A stretch of DNA of 63,243 nt, filler included, from Calcarisporiella thermophila CBS 279.70 (lineage: Eukaryota > Fungi > Calcarisporiellomycota): the NCBI RefSeq assembly GCF_041956535.1. It is 9 parts of 9 records of this genome, joined end to end, with 100 filler letters (N's around TTAATTAATTAA, not from the genome) between each part and the next. Parts side by side here need not be neighbours in the genome. Positions count along the whole stretch, not along the records: positions 21,573 to 42,983 come from NW_027192210.1; positions 43,084 to 47,339 come from NW_027192211.1; positions 47,440 to 53,318 come from NW_027192227.1; 6 more parts are not named here. One strand, 5' to 3'. Of this stretch, positions 38,440-52,076 are shown piece by piece (the stretch's first letter is position 1; each line of letters opens with the position of its first letter). The notes beneath the pieces are model-generated. The model was given only the letters and a program-made list of their open reading frames with translations. It was not told the DNA's origin and did no database searches. The position numbers and the translations under genes were made by a program.

Positions 38440-41056
38440 GGCGAGCCGTTGTGAGCGTCGAGGAGGGTTTTCCAATTGTTCAGCTCTTCCGCCGTGTCTT
38501 TGGTGAGCGTTATTATCTTTTCCCATCCCTGGTTGGTTCTCTGGAGATGCTTTGCTAGGCCCCTCTGTAGGAATCTCTGGTATATGAATGCTGGCCGTAT
38601 TGCTGGTGCTGTCATGCCAGGAGTCCCGCTAGTGATGCTATTTGCTTCGCTTTATTCTCGTCCTTGTCGTCGCTAGTTTGATATCTTGTTTGATGCGGGC
38701 GATCTTTTCCTTTGGTAGCGTAATTTCCATCGTCTTTGTGTTGATCACGAAGCCTAGGAAGACTTGGGTTTTCTTTGGTGAAAGGTCTGACTTTTTCTTG
38801 TTGATCAGGAATCCCAGTGTTTCCAGGTGTTCCACCAGAACTTTTGCTTGTTCTCTTGCCTTCTGTTCTGATTGGTGCATCAAGCAGATATCGTCGAGAT
38901 AGAACGTCAGACGCATTCCTTGTTTCCTCAGTGGCTCTAGTGCGTCTTTCTTCAGTTTTGAGAATATCCTCGGAGCTGACGCTAGACCGAATGGCATTGC
39001 TTTGAATGAATAGGTCTCTCCGCGATGACTGAACGAGAGGAATTTTCGACTCTTCTGATGTATCGGTATCGTAAGATAGGCGTCGCTCAGATCGATCTTG
39101 ATCAAATAATCTCCCGGTAGTACCAAGTCCCGTATTGTTGATAGGCCCTCCATCTTGAAGTGCTGGTACTGTATGTATTGGTTTATCCTTCTCAGGTCAA
39201 GTAACGCTCTGAACTTGGTCTTCTCTCTTTTCGGAAACAGGTTCGATGGGTATCCTTCTGCATTTGGTTGCGCTATCTCTACCGTTTCGTCTTTTATGAA
39301 CCTTTCCACTGCTTCGTCTAGGGCCTGTAAGTCGTCGTGGGAGAGATGAAATGGCTTTACTTGTTCTTGGGGTGGCATTCTTTTGAATTGTATCCTTACC
39401 CCCTCCCGTATTGTTTTCGTGCTCCAGCTCTTGCCTATTCGCTTTTCCCATTCCTTGGCAAAGTGCTGTGTTCGTCCACCCGGAGGGATTCTCGCCTCTA
39501 ATTCCCGGGGAACCTGTTGTTCTGACTCGAGCTTGTGTTTGTTGGGTTGCTCGGCAGGTGGTTGTAGTTGGTGCTGGGCGTGTTGTCGTACCGCTGGGAC
39601 TTGGGGACATTTGTCCCCCATTGTCCTTTTCCCTGTCTTCCATTGCTGTACCGTCGTCTGCTGTAGTAGCTGGGCTTGCTCTGAGGTCGTGTTCTGTGTG
39701 CTTGGTTGAACAATGCTGCTGCTCTCTCCAGTTCCATGACCTCTCCGATAAACTCTTCTCCAAAAAGATATCTTTTTGATTTTGATTGTACGAATTTTGC
39801 ATCTCGTACCATTCCTTGGGAGAGTTTGGCCTCTTTCGCAATTCTAGATCGCCGCTCCACTTTGATCTTTGCCGCAGTGTGGAGGATAAGTTGTATGGTA
39901 TACTCGAGGGTGACCTCAAGTCCTTTTTGCGTGATTCTCCCTTGTTCTGAACCGAGTTTGTTGAGGATTAATAGGAGGGGTCTTGCAAGTCCAAGTATAT
40001 CTTTTTGGATTTCTGCGGGGTATACATCGAGCAGCTGTGTGGGCTTTGAGGTACGATGTTGCCAGAAGCTTTCCAATTGGAGGCTTTGTAGGTACCCTCC
40101 TCTCGGTAGTGGGTATCTTCGGTAAAGTCGTCTTGCTGATTTCCCCGAGAGTAATGAGAGTATGGAATCTTCTGGGAATAGTTGCTTAAGGTTTTCTCGT
40201 AAGTCGTATGCTCCAGCCTCGCGCGCTTTTATGGCGGCGACCAACTTTTCTTCCTCTTCTTCTTCTGATTCCACTTCCGTTTCTGGATCAGAGTGGAATT
40301 CCCCGTCATCCCCATCATCTTGTAGTTAGGGTCTTCTGTTATCTCGTTCGTTTCGTTGTCTACCGAAATACAGTTCCAAGTGCTCGATTCTCTCGAGGAT
40401 TCCTTCCATGGCACGCTCATTGCTCATATTTTTCGATTTTTGAAGAGGTGTGGGTTTTGTGAACTTGTTCTTAGCGCACGATTCGGAGGCTTCGAAAAAG
40501 CTGAGGAGAAGGATAAAGAGGAGCAACCCAAATTATATGTTTACCTTTCCATACATTGTTTTAGTTTACATCAAAATCAGTTTAAAGACATTCAATTCCA
40601 ATGGCATTTTGTCTAGTCATTTTTCGAATTTTTTCCATATTTTATTACGAATAAAGCACGATTTGGGCTTCGAAAGAGCCGATACCATCCAGCGAATGCA
40701 ACTTGGGCACGACGCCTAAAGGGCATTGGCCGAACTAGTGAAGGCTAATTTACTATAGGAGTCGTAGAGTCTCAAATTATTTTTGTCACATATGTAGCCA
40801 ATATTTTTAATAAAAGTATTTTTCAATCCTCAGAGGCTTATGCACCTAGACATATGCATACATTGTAAATTTATCAGTGTAACACATTGCAAACTGCAGC
40901 TTTCCCGAGATTTTTAAAAACAAAGAATCTTTTATTGATATTGACCGAATGACACGATTTAGAGAATTATAGGACTCGTAAATTACCGTGATGGTGAAGT
41001 CAGAAACGAAACACAGACTCGTTTGGATAGGTACACATTGGTTGAGGCAATAAAAA

Positions 41057-42088
41057 TCAGAATTTTCTGACTGGCAAGAACTTGCCCTCTAGTACAAGCT
41101 GCACTCGATCTCCTTGGGGATGCTCCACCTAAGCATTAAAAACGTTTAGCAAAGCGGTTGGATTATAGATTTAAGCTAGACACATTCAGGTAGAGATATT
41201 AATTTATCGTGTGGATAGATACCTTGTTCACCTTAGCACTAAAATCAATAGCGCTCATGACACCATCGCCGAACTAGAAGGGAGATTAAGTATAAAGTGG
41301 ATATTATGAGTAAATTCAAATATTTTGCCTCACCTTTTCTTGGATAACCGCCTTAATGGGATAGCCATAGACCTAAAAACCGAAAATATGTAGAGATAAT
41401 TGAATATTTGAGCATTAGACTACATATTTCATGCTGAATAAGATGAATTGCTTACCATCATCATCTCATTGAGACGATAAAGGACGGGATCACGGGGAGG
41501 CAAGCTGGTAATCAGGCTACCAATTATACGATATGAGGATTGATTATGTCTTAAAAATTGGTTAAAATTTGAACCCATACGTTCCACGCTCAAGCATTCC
41601 GCGGTCGCGAGAACCAAAGCTCTCGGTCAAATACTCTTCAGAGATATTGAGGATCTGGGAAAGGCCTTTAATATCTTCGGCGGAGGGTGAAGCCTAATTA
41701 AATCATAATTGTTTGTTTGATAAATTACTCATGGCAGTAATCTAAAAGGTATCATTCACCTGTCCATAGAATAAAGCTGCAACCCACACTTCTTCATGAT
41801 TGATATGCTCTGATATTTGAGCGAAGCTATCACCCAAATACCCGTTTGTTAGATAATCAATATTATTATTGTTATCCTTATCCAATCGAGTCTATTAATT
41901 TACTTACGACAACCTGGCTTTATCCTTGGCCTCCAACAGCTTTTGACACACGGTGGGCAAGCTCTAATTACAAAAAGAGATAGTCAGGTACAGTAACAAG
42001 GAGGGTGTGCTGATATCATATTAAAGCACATGATGCCACGGTTCTTATAACGCGATATTGATAAAATGATACTCACATTTATATTCAT
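41057..42088 (-). CDS. CYN1: Cyanase (cyanate hydratase), about 8 short exons
   Basis: Spliced translation LPTVCQKLLEAKDKARLS / FAQISEHINHEEVWVAALFYGQ / ASPSAEDIKGLSQIL / PPRDPVLYRLNEMMM / VYGYPIKAVIQEK / FGDGVMSAIDF / GDRVQLVLEGKFLP matches CynS-family signatures (DP..YR..E, EKFGDGIMSAIDF, GK.LP). Confidence 0.9.
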
Positions 42089-43248
42089 GTTGACTCTAGT
42101 TTATTTTAATGGAAAAAGTTGGAACGCTTGAACTGTGTTAAATAAAATGCTCTCAGGATGTTTGAGGATAAGATGGATGGTTATCGTGTATACTCCATGG
42201 CCTTTTTATAGCAATACTTGATTATATATGATTCTCCGCAAATAAGTCTTGTCGTGTGCTTACCCTGCCAAAGGATTACATTATGTCATAGGGCTGTTCG
42301 GGCTGCTGTAATTGTCAATTGTTACTCCGTCGTCTCTTATTAGCATCTTGGCCAAGATAAACACAGGCTTAGCACGATTTACGACAATTCAATCATAAAA
42401 TCTCTTTGACACATCTATATTTTTTGAAATGTATTTGGAAAAAAAATTCACAAATAGATAATACTTTAGTTTAATATTTACAGTAGAGGTGATGAGAGGA
42501 TAAATATTTACTAAATGTGTGGTTGAAGTATCTAATCGTTAAATTTTTTACAACTTCTTCAATTGCTTAGGTCAGAGAGGAATTACTATATATGGATATC
42601 CCCTCACAATTATTAAACTTATCAACATAGTATATCAAAATGCATATCAACTCGGGAGAAAATCCAACACAGTAACCCGTAGGGTGCCAATACAGTGCGT
42701 TTATGCGAATGACATATTGTATTCTCACTTCGGTTAATTGACTCGATTACTTAGCTTAAATGCTCTGCTTAGTTAGGTCTTACTTTTTACCCTACACTAT
42801 ATTTCAAATACTGTGAATATCTTTGTTCACCTTTTATTTTATCCCATGAATACCTATCATTCACTAATTTAATTTTTCATCCTCTTACTATTACCCAACG
42901 TATTAAGTATAAACCGAATTCGAAATATCCCGAAATATCTTCAATACATAAAGGACATTTCTCATTTTATTTCATATATTCCCNNNNNNNNNNNNNNNNN
43001 NNNNNNNNNNNNNNNNNNNNNNNNNNNTTAATTAATTAANNNNNNNNNNNNNNNNNNNNNNNNNNNNNNNNNNNNNNNNNNNNTAAAACGGCCTCATCAT
43101 CGTGAAGCATGGACTGCTGACTGCCTATTCCATTTATACTAAGCCGTCGCATACGCTAGGCTTAGTGCTAAATTATCCATTAAAGTCAATTTTTCAAACT
43201 CAGACACCCCCATAGAATTCATATTGTTTTTTTATTTATAAAAATATT

Positions 43249-44265
43249 TCAATATCTTGTATGACCACCCTTTGCTTTTATCACTGCCTCTATACGCCTT
43301 GGTATAGTCACTCTAATATTAGCACACAACTCTGGTTCTATCTTCTCCCTCTCTTTCTGCAGTATATCCCTAAGTGGCTGGGAATTAGTCTGCTACTGCT
43401 CACAATCTTCGATTCTTCTGTCTAGTTCATCCCACATGAACTCAATAGGATTTAAATCAGGAGACTGAGCTGGCCATTCCAGTACAATAATATTGTGGTT
43501 TGGCAGCCATTCCACTTTACTACGCGCGGTACGCTTAGAATCATTATCATGCTGGAAAATAATTTGATTCTTGTCTAAGTTATACCGATCGAGTGTTCTC
43601 ATTAATAATTCTCCTAAAATATTCTTCTACAGTTGTGTGTCTAGTCCCTTCTCGATTCGGCACATAAAGCCAGCCCCTTTGGAAATGAGGCCTGCCCTCA
43701 CGGTAACCGACCCATTGCCGTGCTCGACTGCATTTTTGAAATGATGATTACGCCTAGGATAGCCTGGAGCTTTACAATAATATCTTCTTCTATCTCTGCT
43801 GAAGATTCTAAAATATACTCTCATCTTACCATATGAAATACTTGCAATCATCTAACCTCCAGTTCCAATTGCTATGTACAGTAGCTAGTCGAACCTCCTA
43901 TAGCTAACTTTTAATAACGGCTTTTTTCTCCACAATCTCAAGCACATTCGGTTTCACTTCAGTGTGTTCCTTACAGATGTCAATGTCAAATCGACATTGT
44001 AATCATTCTTAAGATGTTTCTTTGCATCTGGTATATTTTCATAAATTCCAGTCTTGAAATTTCGTACGAGGACTTTCCCTTGTCTCTCAGTGAGAACACG
44101 TGTTCGACCGGCGACAGGTTTAAAGGATTCTGGAGCGCATATTCTACGATATTTGTTGACGACATAATAACTTATCCCAAGCTGACGCGAGATATCTCTA
44201 CTGGATAAGCTCTCATTAAATAATGAGACTATCCTTGACTTGGCTGTTTCCGAGATTTGCTTCAT
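43249..44265 (-). mobile_element. Tc1/mariner transposase pseudogene
   Basis: N-terminal HTH (SSRDISRQLG), FQHDNDSK, WPAQSPDLNPIE and AKGGHTRY*. Several stops and frameshifts. Confidence 0.9.
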
Positions 44266-45158
44266 TGAGATAAACCAAGCCAGCTAACGTATTGTTAATA
44301 AGATAAAAATGTAGGCAGTTTGTAATAACGATTAATTGAGTTAAAGATTGATTGTTTTCCAAGGTAATGCCCGTTAAAATTTTATCAGCGTTCTGCCTCA
44401 GAAATTGAGTTCATGATCGGCCCATGTTTCAGGCTCATAACCCATGTATAAAGGAATTAGATAAGAATCCAGGTAGTAGGTTATTTAAAGCAAGGGTAGA
44501 GTTATCTTCACTGTGTATCCCCAATTGGTGCTCTTAGAATGGGGGAAGGAATGGAAGTTAATAGTCAAAATATACCCTATCGAACTCAAAAAGTTAGCCC
44601 AGTGTATATACCGCGAAAGTGACATAAAAATATGTAGAGTTTTGAGATATCTTATTAAGAATTCCAATAAATTGCATCAATTATATGCCAAATGTAAAAT
44701 CAGCACAGATATATTTTATGAAATAGCAAAAGTGTAGATTGTAATATGATATACTCTAAGTAATGAAATGGAAATGTAAAGGTAAAGTAACAATGCCTTT
44801 CAAAAGATAAAATGTCTCACAAAACCATAATTAAGCATACTATTTTCACTCGCATATGTACTTGAAAGCTTGGGTTATACAGAATATGCCTCATATGATA
44901 TGTAGCTAAGCGAGATATTGGATAAATGGAATCAAACATATTACCATATATAATAATGAATTCATAACAATCGTTATGTCATTAATTTGTGTCGTTAAAT
45001 ATTACAATATTCATAATTTTTAAAAAATTATTCTATTAAAATATCTTGCAAATTATATCAGACTTGTTTATTAGTTAATAAGGGAGATATCCCATATCTT
45101 CAAACCTAAAACAAGCATTCCGCAAGTGACTGATCTTTGCTTACTTCATTGACTACCG

Positions 45159-45419
45159 TTAGCAAGCACGACTATCGCAACAGTGAATTTCGTAGTTTGT
45201 ATTTTGACGTGTGCACGTAGGACTAGCTCTGTAGCATCTACCACATTTCCAGCCTTTGCTACGACAGGTCCTTTGAGCATAATTATCGCACACCGGCTTG
45301 CTGTTTGTTCGGAAACATTGATCAAGGAGGCAAGGAGGATCAGCAAGCACACCCAAAGCAAACACAATAATAGCCATAAGAATGGTCAGAAATAAGGAAT
45401 TCAGACGAAAAGAACGCAT
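45159..45419 (-). CDS. Small secreted cysteine-rich protein (86 aa, 10 Cys)
   Basis: Hydrophobic signal peptide ending VLA-D and a basic mature peptide with 10 cysteines. Confidence 0.75.
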   Translation of the reverse strand: MRSFRLNSLFLTILMAIIVFALGVLADPPCLLDQCFRTNSKPVCDNYAQRTCRSKGWKCGRCYRASPTCTRQNTNYEIHCCDSRAC

Positions 45420-47486
45420 TTCGATGATAATAACAGTTGACTTAAATATAGTGATTGAATCTGTAGGTACTTACATTTGGATTCTCAATGCCCCTTAAAT
45501 ATTCTTTTTTCTTAACTCAATGCTTTTGGCGGTGATATTATTATGAATAAATGCAGCATGATCTTTTATGCTACTTTATACATAATTTTTAGAGTTATGT
45601 GAATATGAGTCTTAGAAATGGCTTAAGTCTAATTTCGTGGGAGTCAGACTGTCTGATGCCATGTTTTTATTCCCATTTATAGTTTCAACATACTATATTC
45701 GGATATTTAGCTACAACTCGACTGGGTAGCGTTCTATATCATTAGAGTTGCTTTTTGTACACAAAAAGTATTAAGTTTGGCCATGAGAATTTTGAAATAT
45801 ATGCTACATATTGCTCTTCAATACATATAAGATAGCCAAGCAAAAAGATTATTCTAATGTTCCTTTTCTTTCCTCTCACTATGATTGTCATGTGATGTTA
45901 CTCTATTAGGCCCACACAACTTGCTCATAATATATCTATACATCTTATATTAACCGCTGCAGTGTATAGGGTAGGCTATTTCAAATAAAAAGAGTTCTAT
46001 ATTTGTGAATAGCGCTGTGGCTCATGTGAGATGATAATAGGTCTGAAATCAATAGAAAATAAAAGATTTTCTCATGCAGCGCTTCTTACTTAAGCCTAGC
46101 GTATGTGACGGCTTAAAGAAAATGGACAAGACAAAGTCAGCAGTCCATGCTTCACTTCCCTCCCTCTTCTTGGGACGGCCGAGGAAACATCGCCTTGGAA
46201 AGATCATATTTATAGTAAGATCGTGTTCAAATTATCCTACGATTTTGCTTTTTTATTTTTTTTATTTTCTTAATTGCTTTGTATCGGCCTATATATTGAA
46301 TAAATCGGCCTCATCAACGTGGACTGCTGACAAAGTCCTCAGTCTATTCTCTTCACAGTTAACCTGTTAACATCAGCTGAATTTTTCTTGTGAATAATTT
46401 GAATACAATAAGATTAGCGTGATATGATATAAGGTTAGTGATGAGATGTAAATTAAAAGATAAATTATTCGAGAATATAACCACTAGTAACCTAATCGAG
46501 AAGTGTAAAAGCAAATACTACAGACGATAGAAGTGCCACGAGGACTAAATATTTTATAGAATAATACAGAATTGTATAAAATAGCATTGCATACAAAAAG
46601 TCGAGTCACCTCCTTGCTACCGATAAAATGCATTCATGCCCTTTGATAAATTTCATTATCGAGTGGATTTTGTTTCATCTTTTTAAATCTTAAATTGTAC
46701 CGATTCTAATAAATTATACATATTATGGATTAGCACCATGGTTTTGTGATACCCAGGAATACCAAACTTTAAATAGTGTTAAGATTCAATTAAATGTATT
46801 TGACCAGAAATTTGCCTTTTACCCACTTGCAGGGATGACTAAATCACTTGTAGCTAATAAGGTATTCTGTAGGCTTTTATTCTCATGTCCTTCTTTCTAT
46901 CTTTATATAATTAGAGTTGAATGTGTAAGCAACATGCCTCGCACAACTTCCAGCAAACTTACTCGTGCGCTCCATCATTGAAGAATCTTCTACTTGTTGA
47001 GTCCATGATTCTAATCGCAATAGTAGCCTATTCAGAGAGAGTGAATCATATATTTAATGGTAGTATTAAGTGCATTGGAAGTTACCCTACAAAAATCCAT
47101 TTGGTGAAAATTGTTAGAAAGCATATAGGAGCATGTAGAAAAGATGGAGGGGGTTCGCGATTCCCTATAATTTTTCAACAATTTCACTATAATTTGTAGA
47201 CTCCTCTCCCTTTGTGGGTGTTCACGCTTCCAGCTTATTCGGATTATTTTGCTTAAAAATAAGCAAAATTCTGCATTAACTGGCTACTAACAAATTCTTA
47301 GCCAATCACAATGCGCTATTTCGCTTATTTATCATTGTCNNNNNNNNNNNNNNNNNNNNNNNNNNNNNNNNNNNNNNNNNNNNTTAATTAATTAANNNNN
47401 NNNNNNNNNNNNNNNNNNNNNNNNNNNNNNNNNNNNNNNATCATATACCCCAAGTTTTATGAATGACTCTAACCCCGTATTAATAG

Positions 47487-47649
47487 TTGTATTGAAAGAT
47501 GGTGAGATACAGGAAACAGGGTAAGATTTTTTTTCTTAATTCATTCATCTCATGATATTATATTCACGATTAATAGCGAACATGCCAAATTGATTACGTA
47601 TCCCGGGATATATCGCGAGCTAGTGAAACAACAGAACCTTAGCTATTAA
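47487..47649 (+). CDS. C-terminal two exons of an ABCB/MDR transporter
   Basis: VLKDGEIQETG|EHAKLITYPGIYRELVKQQNLSY* matches the ABCB tail (G.I.E.GTH..L....GIY..LV..Q). Confidence 0.8.
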
Positions 47650-48511
47650 TTTATTAACATTTAGTCAGTGGTTCATACTTCATGGTGACAAAGTAGTTTT
47701 ATTAGACAATATTAACGAACAACTTAAGTTATATCAGAACTATGTAAGAATTATTTTTGGTAGATACAAAATATATAACAAATTGGCAAAGAACAAAACA
47801 AAAAGCGGAACTAGTCAATATAAAATAAACGGAGTATATCATGATCATTGAAAATATTGGAAAATACTGAGCTATCGATGCTCTAGCTTAGAGGGATATA
47901 GCTCAAGTAGTTCTCACTACAGTTTGATACTGCTGCTTATATTATTGTCTGCACTCTGAAAATTTCGTCAATAAAATGATTTGTCACAATAAAAGTAGAT
48001 GATCAGTCCTCTCTAACAACATAATAATACCGAAAATAACAGAATATTCTCGCTTTAAAAGCAGATGGTCGGCGAGGAATATTATATATGTTAGAAGGGT
48101 TCATAAAGGAATATAAACCAAATAAAACTCATGGAGCATTCTAATAGATCAAACTCATGATACATCGCTTAAGAAATATTTCGCCAAAACGAAATAGTAG
48201 GAGCTTAGTGTCATATGATAATATACGTAGATGTCATCCCGCTACAGAGGGAATTTGTAATTTTTTTTTGTTTCTGCCGGGCAGTTATAAATATCTTCTA
48301 ATATCAACATTGCATTCAGATTGAGTTTGTGTGCACTTTTCAAGCTTATCTATTTTACAGTTTTAGCGGGATAGTTTGCTCTCTTATCTACCAGGATTTT
48401 TAAATCCTATATGTTGCCCCGTATTCGACTTATATTTTATCGATCCACAATTAGATATGAAGTGATTTAGAATATCCTTGATTCCTTCATTCCAACAGCA
48501 ATGTTTCCAAC

Positions 48512-50269
48512 ATGTATTTCCGCCAATTGCTTGCTGACCCAATGAATTCCGTATACTCCATTTCTGTGAATAATACTGCAGATGAAACAGAACACCATCC
48601 ACAGGAGCGTTCTAATCTTTGGGAATTGCTCTTGACTTCAGCAGCCTTGCACTTCCAGCTCAAGCTGAATTCATATACTGATTTACTTCATCTTCTCAGT
48701 GCTCAGTACCTTATTGATGGCATCTTACTACCAGCAAACCATTTTCGCCCTAAGGTATATACTATAGCAACCAACCGAGAGCATACAAGTTACTGCTCTT
48801 ACTTTAAAGTCTATTCTTACCCGAAGCCAATTGGAGACAAAATTCTCAGACGGCCGACAAGATTTAAATTTGCCAAAGAGAATCTACTCATCGATCAACT
48901 TTTTCATGTTTATCTTAGTGCTTGCTGTGTTGGCTCTTTGCACCCGGACCGTGGAGCTTTTCTCGAAAGCTATTATTGTAGCAAACTCGAGCCTGCACTT
49001 GTGTACACTGCTGTAGCATGTGCAGCTATCCATTTATTGCTATCACATCCAGAAACTCCTTTCATGAAAAAGCTCCATGCGGCTGCAGGGGGTCTATTTG
49101 CGCAGGCAAAACAGTCATTGGCAGATGTTTTTGATGTTCCAACTCCACAAATTGTTCTTGCTTTTATAAATATGGATGCATGTCTGCAATATCTTTATAG
49201 TTATAAGGAAGCATACTCATTCTATTCCCAGGCTGCACAAATGGCATTCTCTCTCCAGATGTATAAGGACGATGCTACAGAGAAGGATCCCGTGCAGCTA
49301 GAATTTCAAAGAAGGATTTGGTAAAAGCTGGAATTTACTTGCTAGGTTAAATGTGTACATTGATATCATGTAAATCGATTTCTAAGGGCTGAAATTTGCA
49401 TGCGTGAATTAGAATATGTATTTGAATTTGATATGCCGTCCCTAATAAGCATGGATATTATCAAATCGTCTCCCAAACCGACCGTGACAGTGAAAGATAG
49501 CGAGTCATATAAGTTTGTAACTGTAATAAGTCATAACAACTGCTAGGGTTAATATATCAAGTTAACTAACTAGATGCTCAGATTCGTTTATTGCTGCAGA
49601 TTGGCACATTCTCTAAACTCTTGGAATTGCGAAATATGGACTGGGTGCTACCAGATATTGTTATCTTGCAAAATCTGGCTAACCTTGCTACATATTTGCA
49701 AAATGAATATACCGAATTAATGCAATACTGCTATGAAGGTGACCTGCGAAAGACTTCTCTCCCTATAATAAGTTTCGATTTTTGGTTTCATTGGTGTGCC
49801 CTTTGGCGTCAATTTATAAAGTCAGACGCACCTGTCGAGAGATTGGAGACGAATTTGATGCAGCAATTGCGAGAAAAGGCATTCGACGAGTATATCAAGG
49901 TAACAATATTTTTGGATTTCTGCATCATCGCTGATTGACACCATATCATTTCTGTATGTCATTTATAAGGGCCTAATCCATTGCATAAGGTTTTTCAAGA
50001 GGGTAATTAATGCTCAAAACAGGTGCAAAACGAGATTTCTTTTAGCAGCAAGTATTGTTTGTGAAGATGTTAAGTTTATTGCACAAACGCATCCCAAAAT
50101 TTGGATACGGCGCAAGATATTCCAAGAGCTTATTATAATATTAAACGACCTACAATCACTAGAAATTAAAGGAGTTTTATCACAGCTGCTTGCTTTTCAA
50201 TTCTTGGATGTATTAGAAGAGATGAAACCAACGGTATTTTCAGCGGATGTACTGGAACGTAAAACATGA
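48512..50269 (+). CDS. Fungal-specific transcription factor domain protein (no Zn cluster seen), about 4 exons
   Basis: LIDQLFHVY...FLESY...ALVYTAVACAAIH...AAQMAFSLQM...EFQRRIW is the fungal TF middle homology region. GT..AG introns follow. Confidence 0.7.
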
Positions 50270-52076
50270 AATCTCGAACAGAAATTAGAAAAAAGTATAT
50301 TGGTGCGGTTGAGTTATACTTTTTTCTATTCTTGCATTGTTATATTTTTTATACTACATTTGGAATGTTGAGAAGTATTGTATATTAGGTTATATAACCC
50401 TTATAATAGTTTTTCTGCAAACGATTTCCACCATTGGCTGCTATCTTGAAAGAGGACTCTGATAAGAAAGAAATTGCTCTGTTAGCAATTCCCCCACTTG
50501 ATTTGAATCATGAGCTGATAGCAAATAGATCTCAGCATTCTGAAAAACTCTCCTTTCGGAACTATGAACCCGCTTGTCGCTAAGTTCGGCTTATCGTACT
50601 CAGGTAAATGTACAAACCGAGCGAGTCAATTGGTTATAAGTGGAACTGTTCAAGTCATTACACCAGGGATCAACTTCTTGCATGCGTGCAATTGCCTATA
50701 CCAAATTCGTCCATCAACAACCAGATTATTACTCTACATTTCAGACTTGGGTTTCAGTCCACCCCCGCCCTCTACCCTATTGATGTCATCCACTGGATCT
50801 CTCCATTTACAATAGTTGGAAAATTGTCGTCAGCCTCATCCTATCTAATTTCATTCTGCTAGGGACACTATTATGATAAGCCGACCTATTCAATCAATCT
50901 TATCATCTAGCTGAGTGAAGTTGGTGATCTTGCGGTACTTTTTACTGAGAGTCTTCATCAACCATTAAGGATCTACAAGACTATAAGGGAGGGTTTAATT
51001 AGGTTTATTGGACGGTTTTCAAAGAACAATATAGTGAATTCGTATGCTTAACTCTCGATCTATCGTCCGCTTTTCGATTCAACTGGTGGCAAACGTGTGT
51101 CGATTGAAACTCTTCACTGATAATATAAACGAGATCAACCCAAGCAGGCTACATCATTCTTCTCCCGTTTTCCATGACAATACTGCAGTCTCAGATAATG
51201 TGATTGGAGATATCCTCCGAATTTGCAGACAGAATGAAAAAGAGTGTTTGCTCAATTTCCGACGAAGAAACCGTGTTTGAATCACTAGAACGTTTTCGAA
51301 TTGCTTCAAATGTCGTTCGATAAATCGAAGCCGCAATGTAGTCTCAATGCAGCGATGTCTCTCTACGAAGGGGACACAATGTTTTCGGATGATTTGTCTA
51401 CCCTTATTTCATCTTAGGAGATACAAGCTATTGCTGCTATTTTGTGGTTATTTGGTCGATTTTTTTTTTGGAGTATTAACCTTTAATAGTTGCATTTTGA
51501 GTGCGATCTTGAGAAACACCCACATATGGTCGTTCTTCCTAATTCTATGTAAACATGCCAACTTTTATTTATCTTTCCTCACCTATCTTATTGAGTCTAC
51601 TTTGCCTACCTGTCGAGCCGTTACAATCTAACTCTGTGCTTGCCCTTTGTACTTGTTTGCATTGACGACCTCTATTCCAGTGCCATGTGAATAAACTTAA
51701 CACAAAATTTGACTATTTAACATTATACTTGATGGGAATTTGGTGAGGCTTTGATATACTTTTATTTCTACCAAAGCAATTCGAACGCTAACCTCAAAAT
51801 CACTAATATGCTTTGGATTAGTTACACGTTAACTTTAGAGCATGCTTTTGAGTTATAAACTAAAGAATATATAAAGGGCTTATTCGAAGCCAGTATATAT
51901 GTATAAATTATTCTTAAATGTATTTTTATTGTTATATTGATGTTCAATTTATCTCATCCTGAAAGTATAGCATAATTGCGTAATCTATAGATCTTTTCGA
52001 CTTGAATAGTGTCAATAATACTAAATCCGCTCCATTGCTGAAAAGAAAAAGATTTCTCAGCTCTCCATTCCTCAGA

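Larger units (their letters stand above)
36107..40748 (-). mobile_element. DIRS-type tyrosine-recombinase retrotransposon, full length, disrupted
   Basis: 63-bp inverted terminal repeats (36107-36169 and 40686-40748). Gag-like 39498-40420. RT 38638-39621 (DLSDAY, PFGL, YLDD). RNase H 37838-38182 (TTDASGTGWG, ELRA, TDN). Adenine-methyltransferase domain 36961-37597 (DLFA, NPPW). Tyrosine recombinase about 36136-37200 (WRPRSDL, AHSTR, FERFY). Confidence 0.95.

Noticed and set aside
39155-40462. Many plus-strand ORFs in the DIRS element (also antisense ORFs over HMGR, hAT and the LINEs)
   Set aside because: Shadow ORFs opposite recognisable coding sequence, with no motifs of their own.
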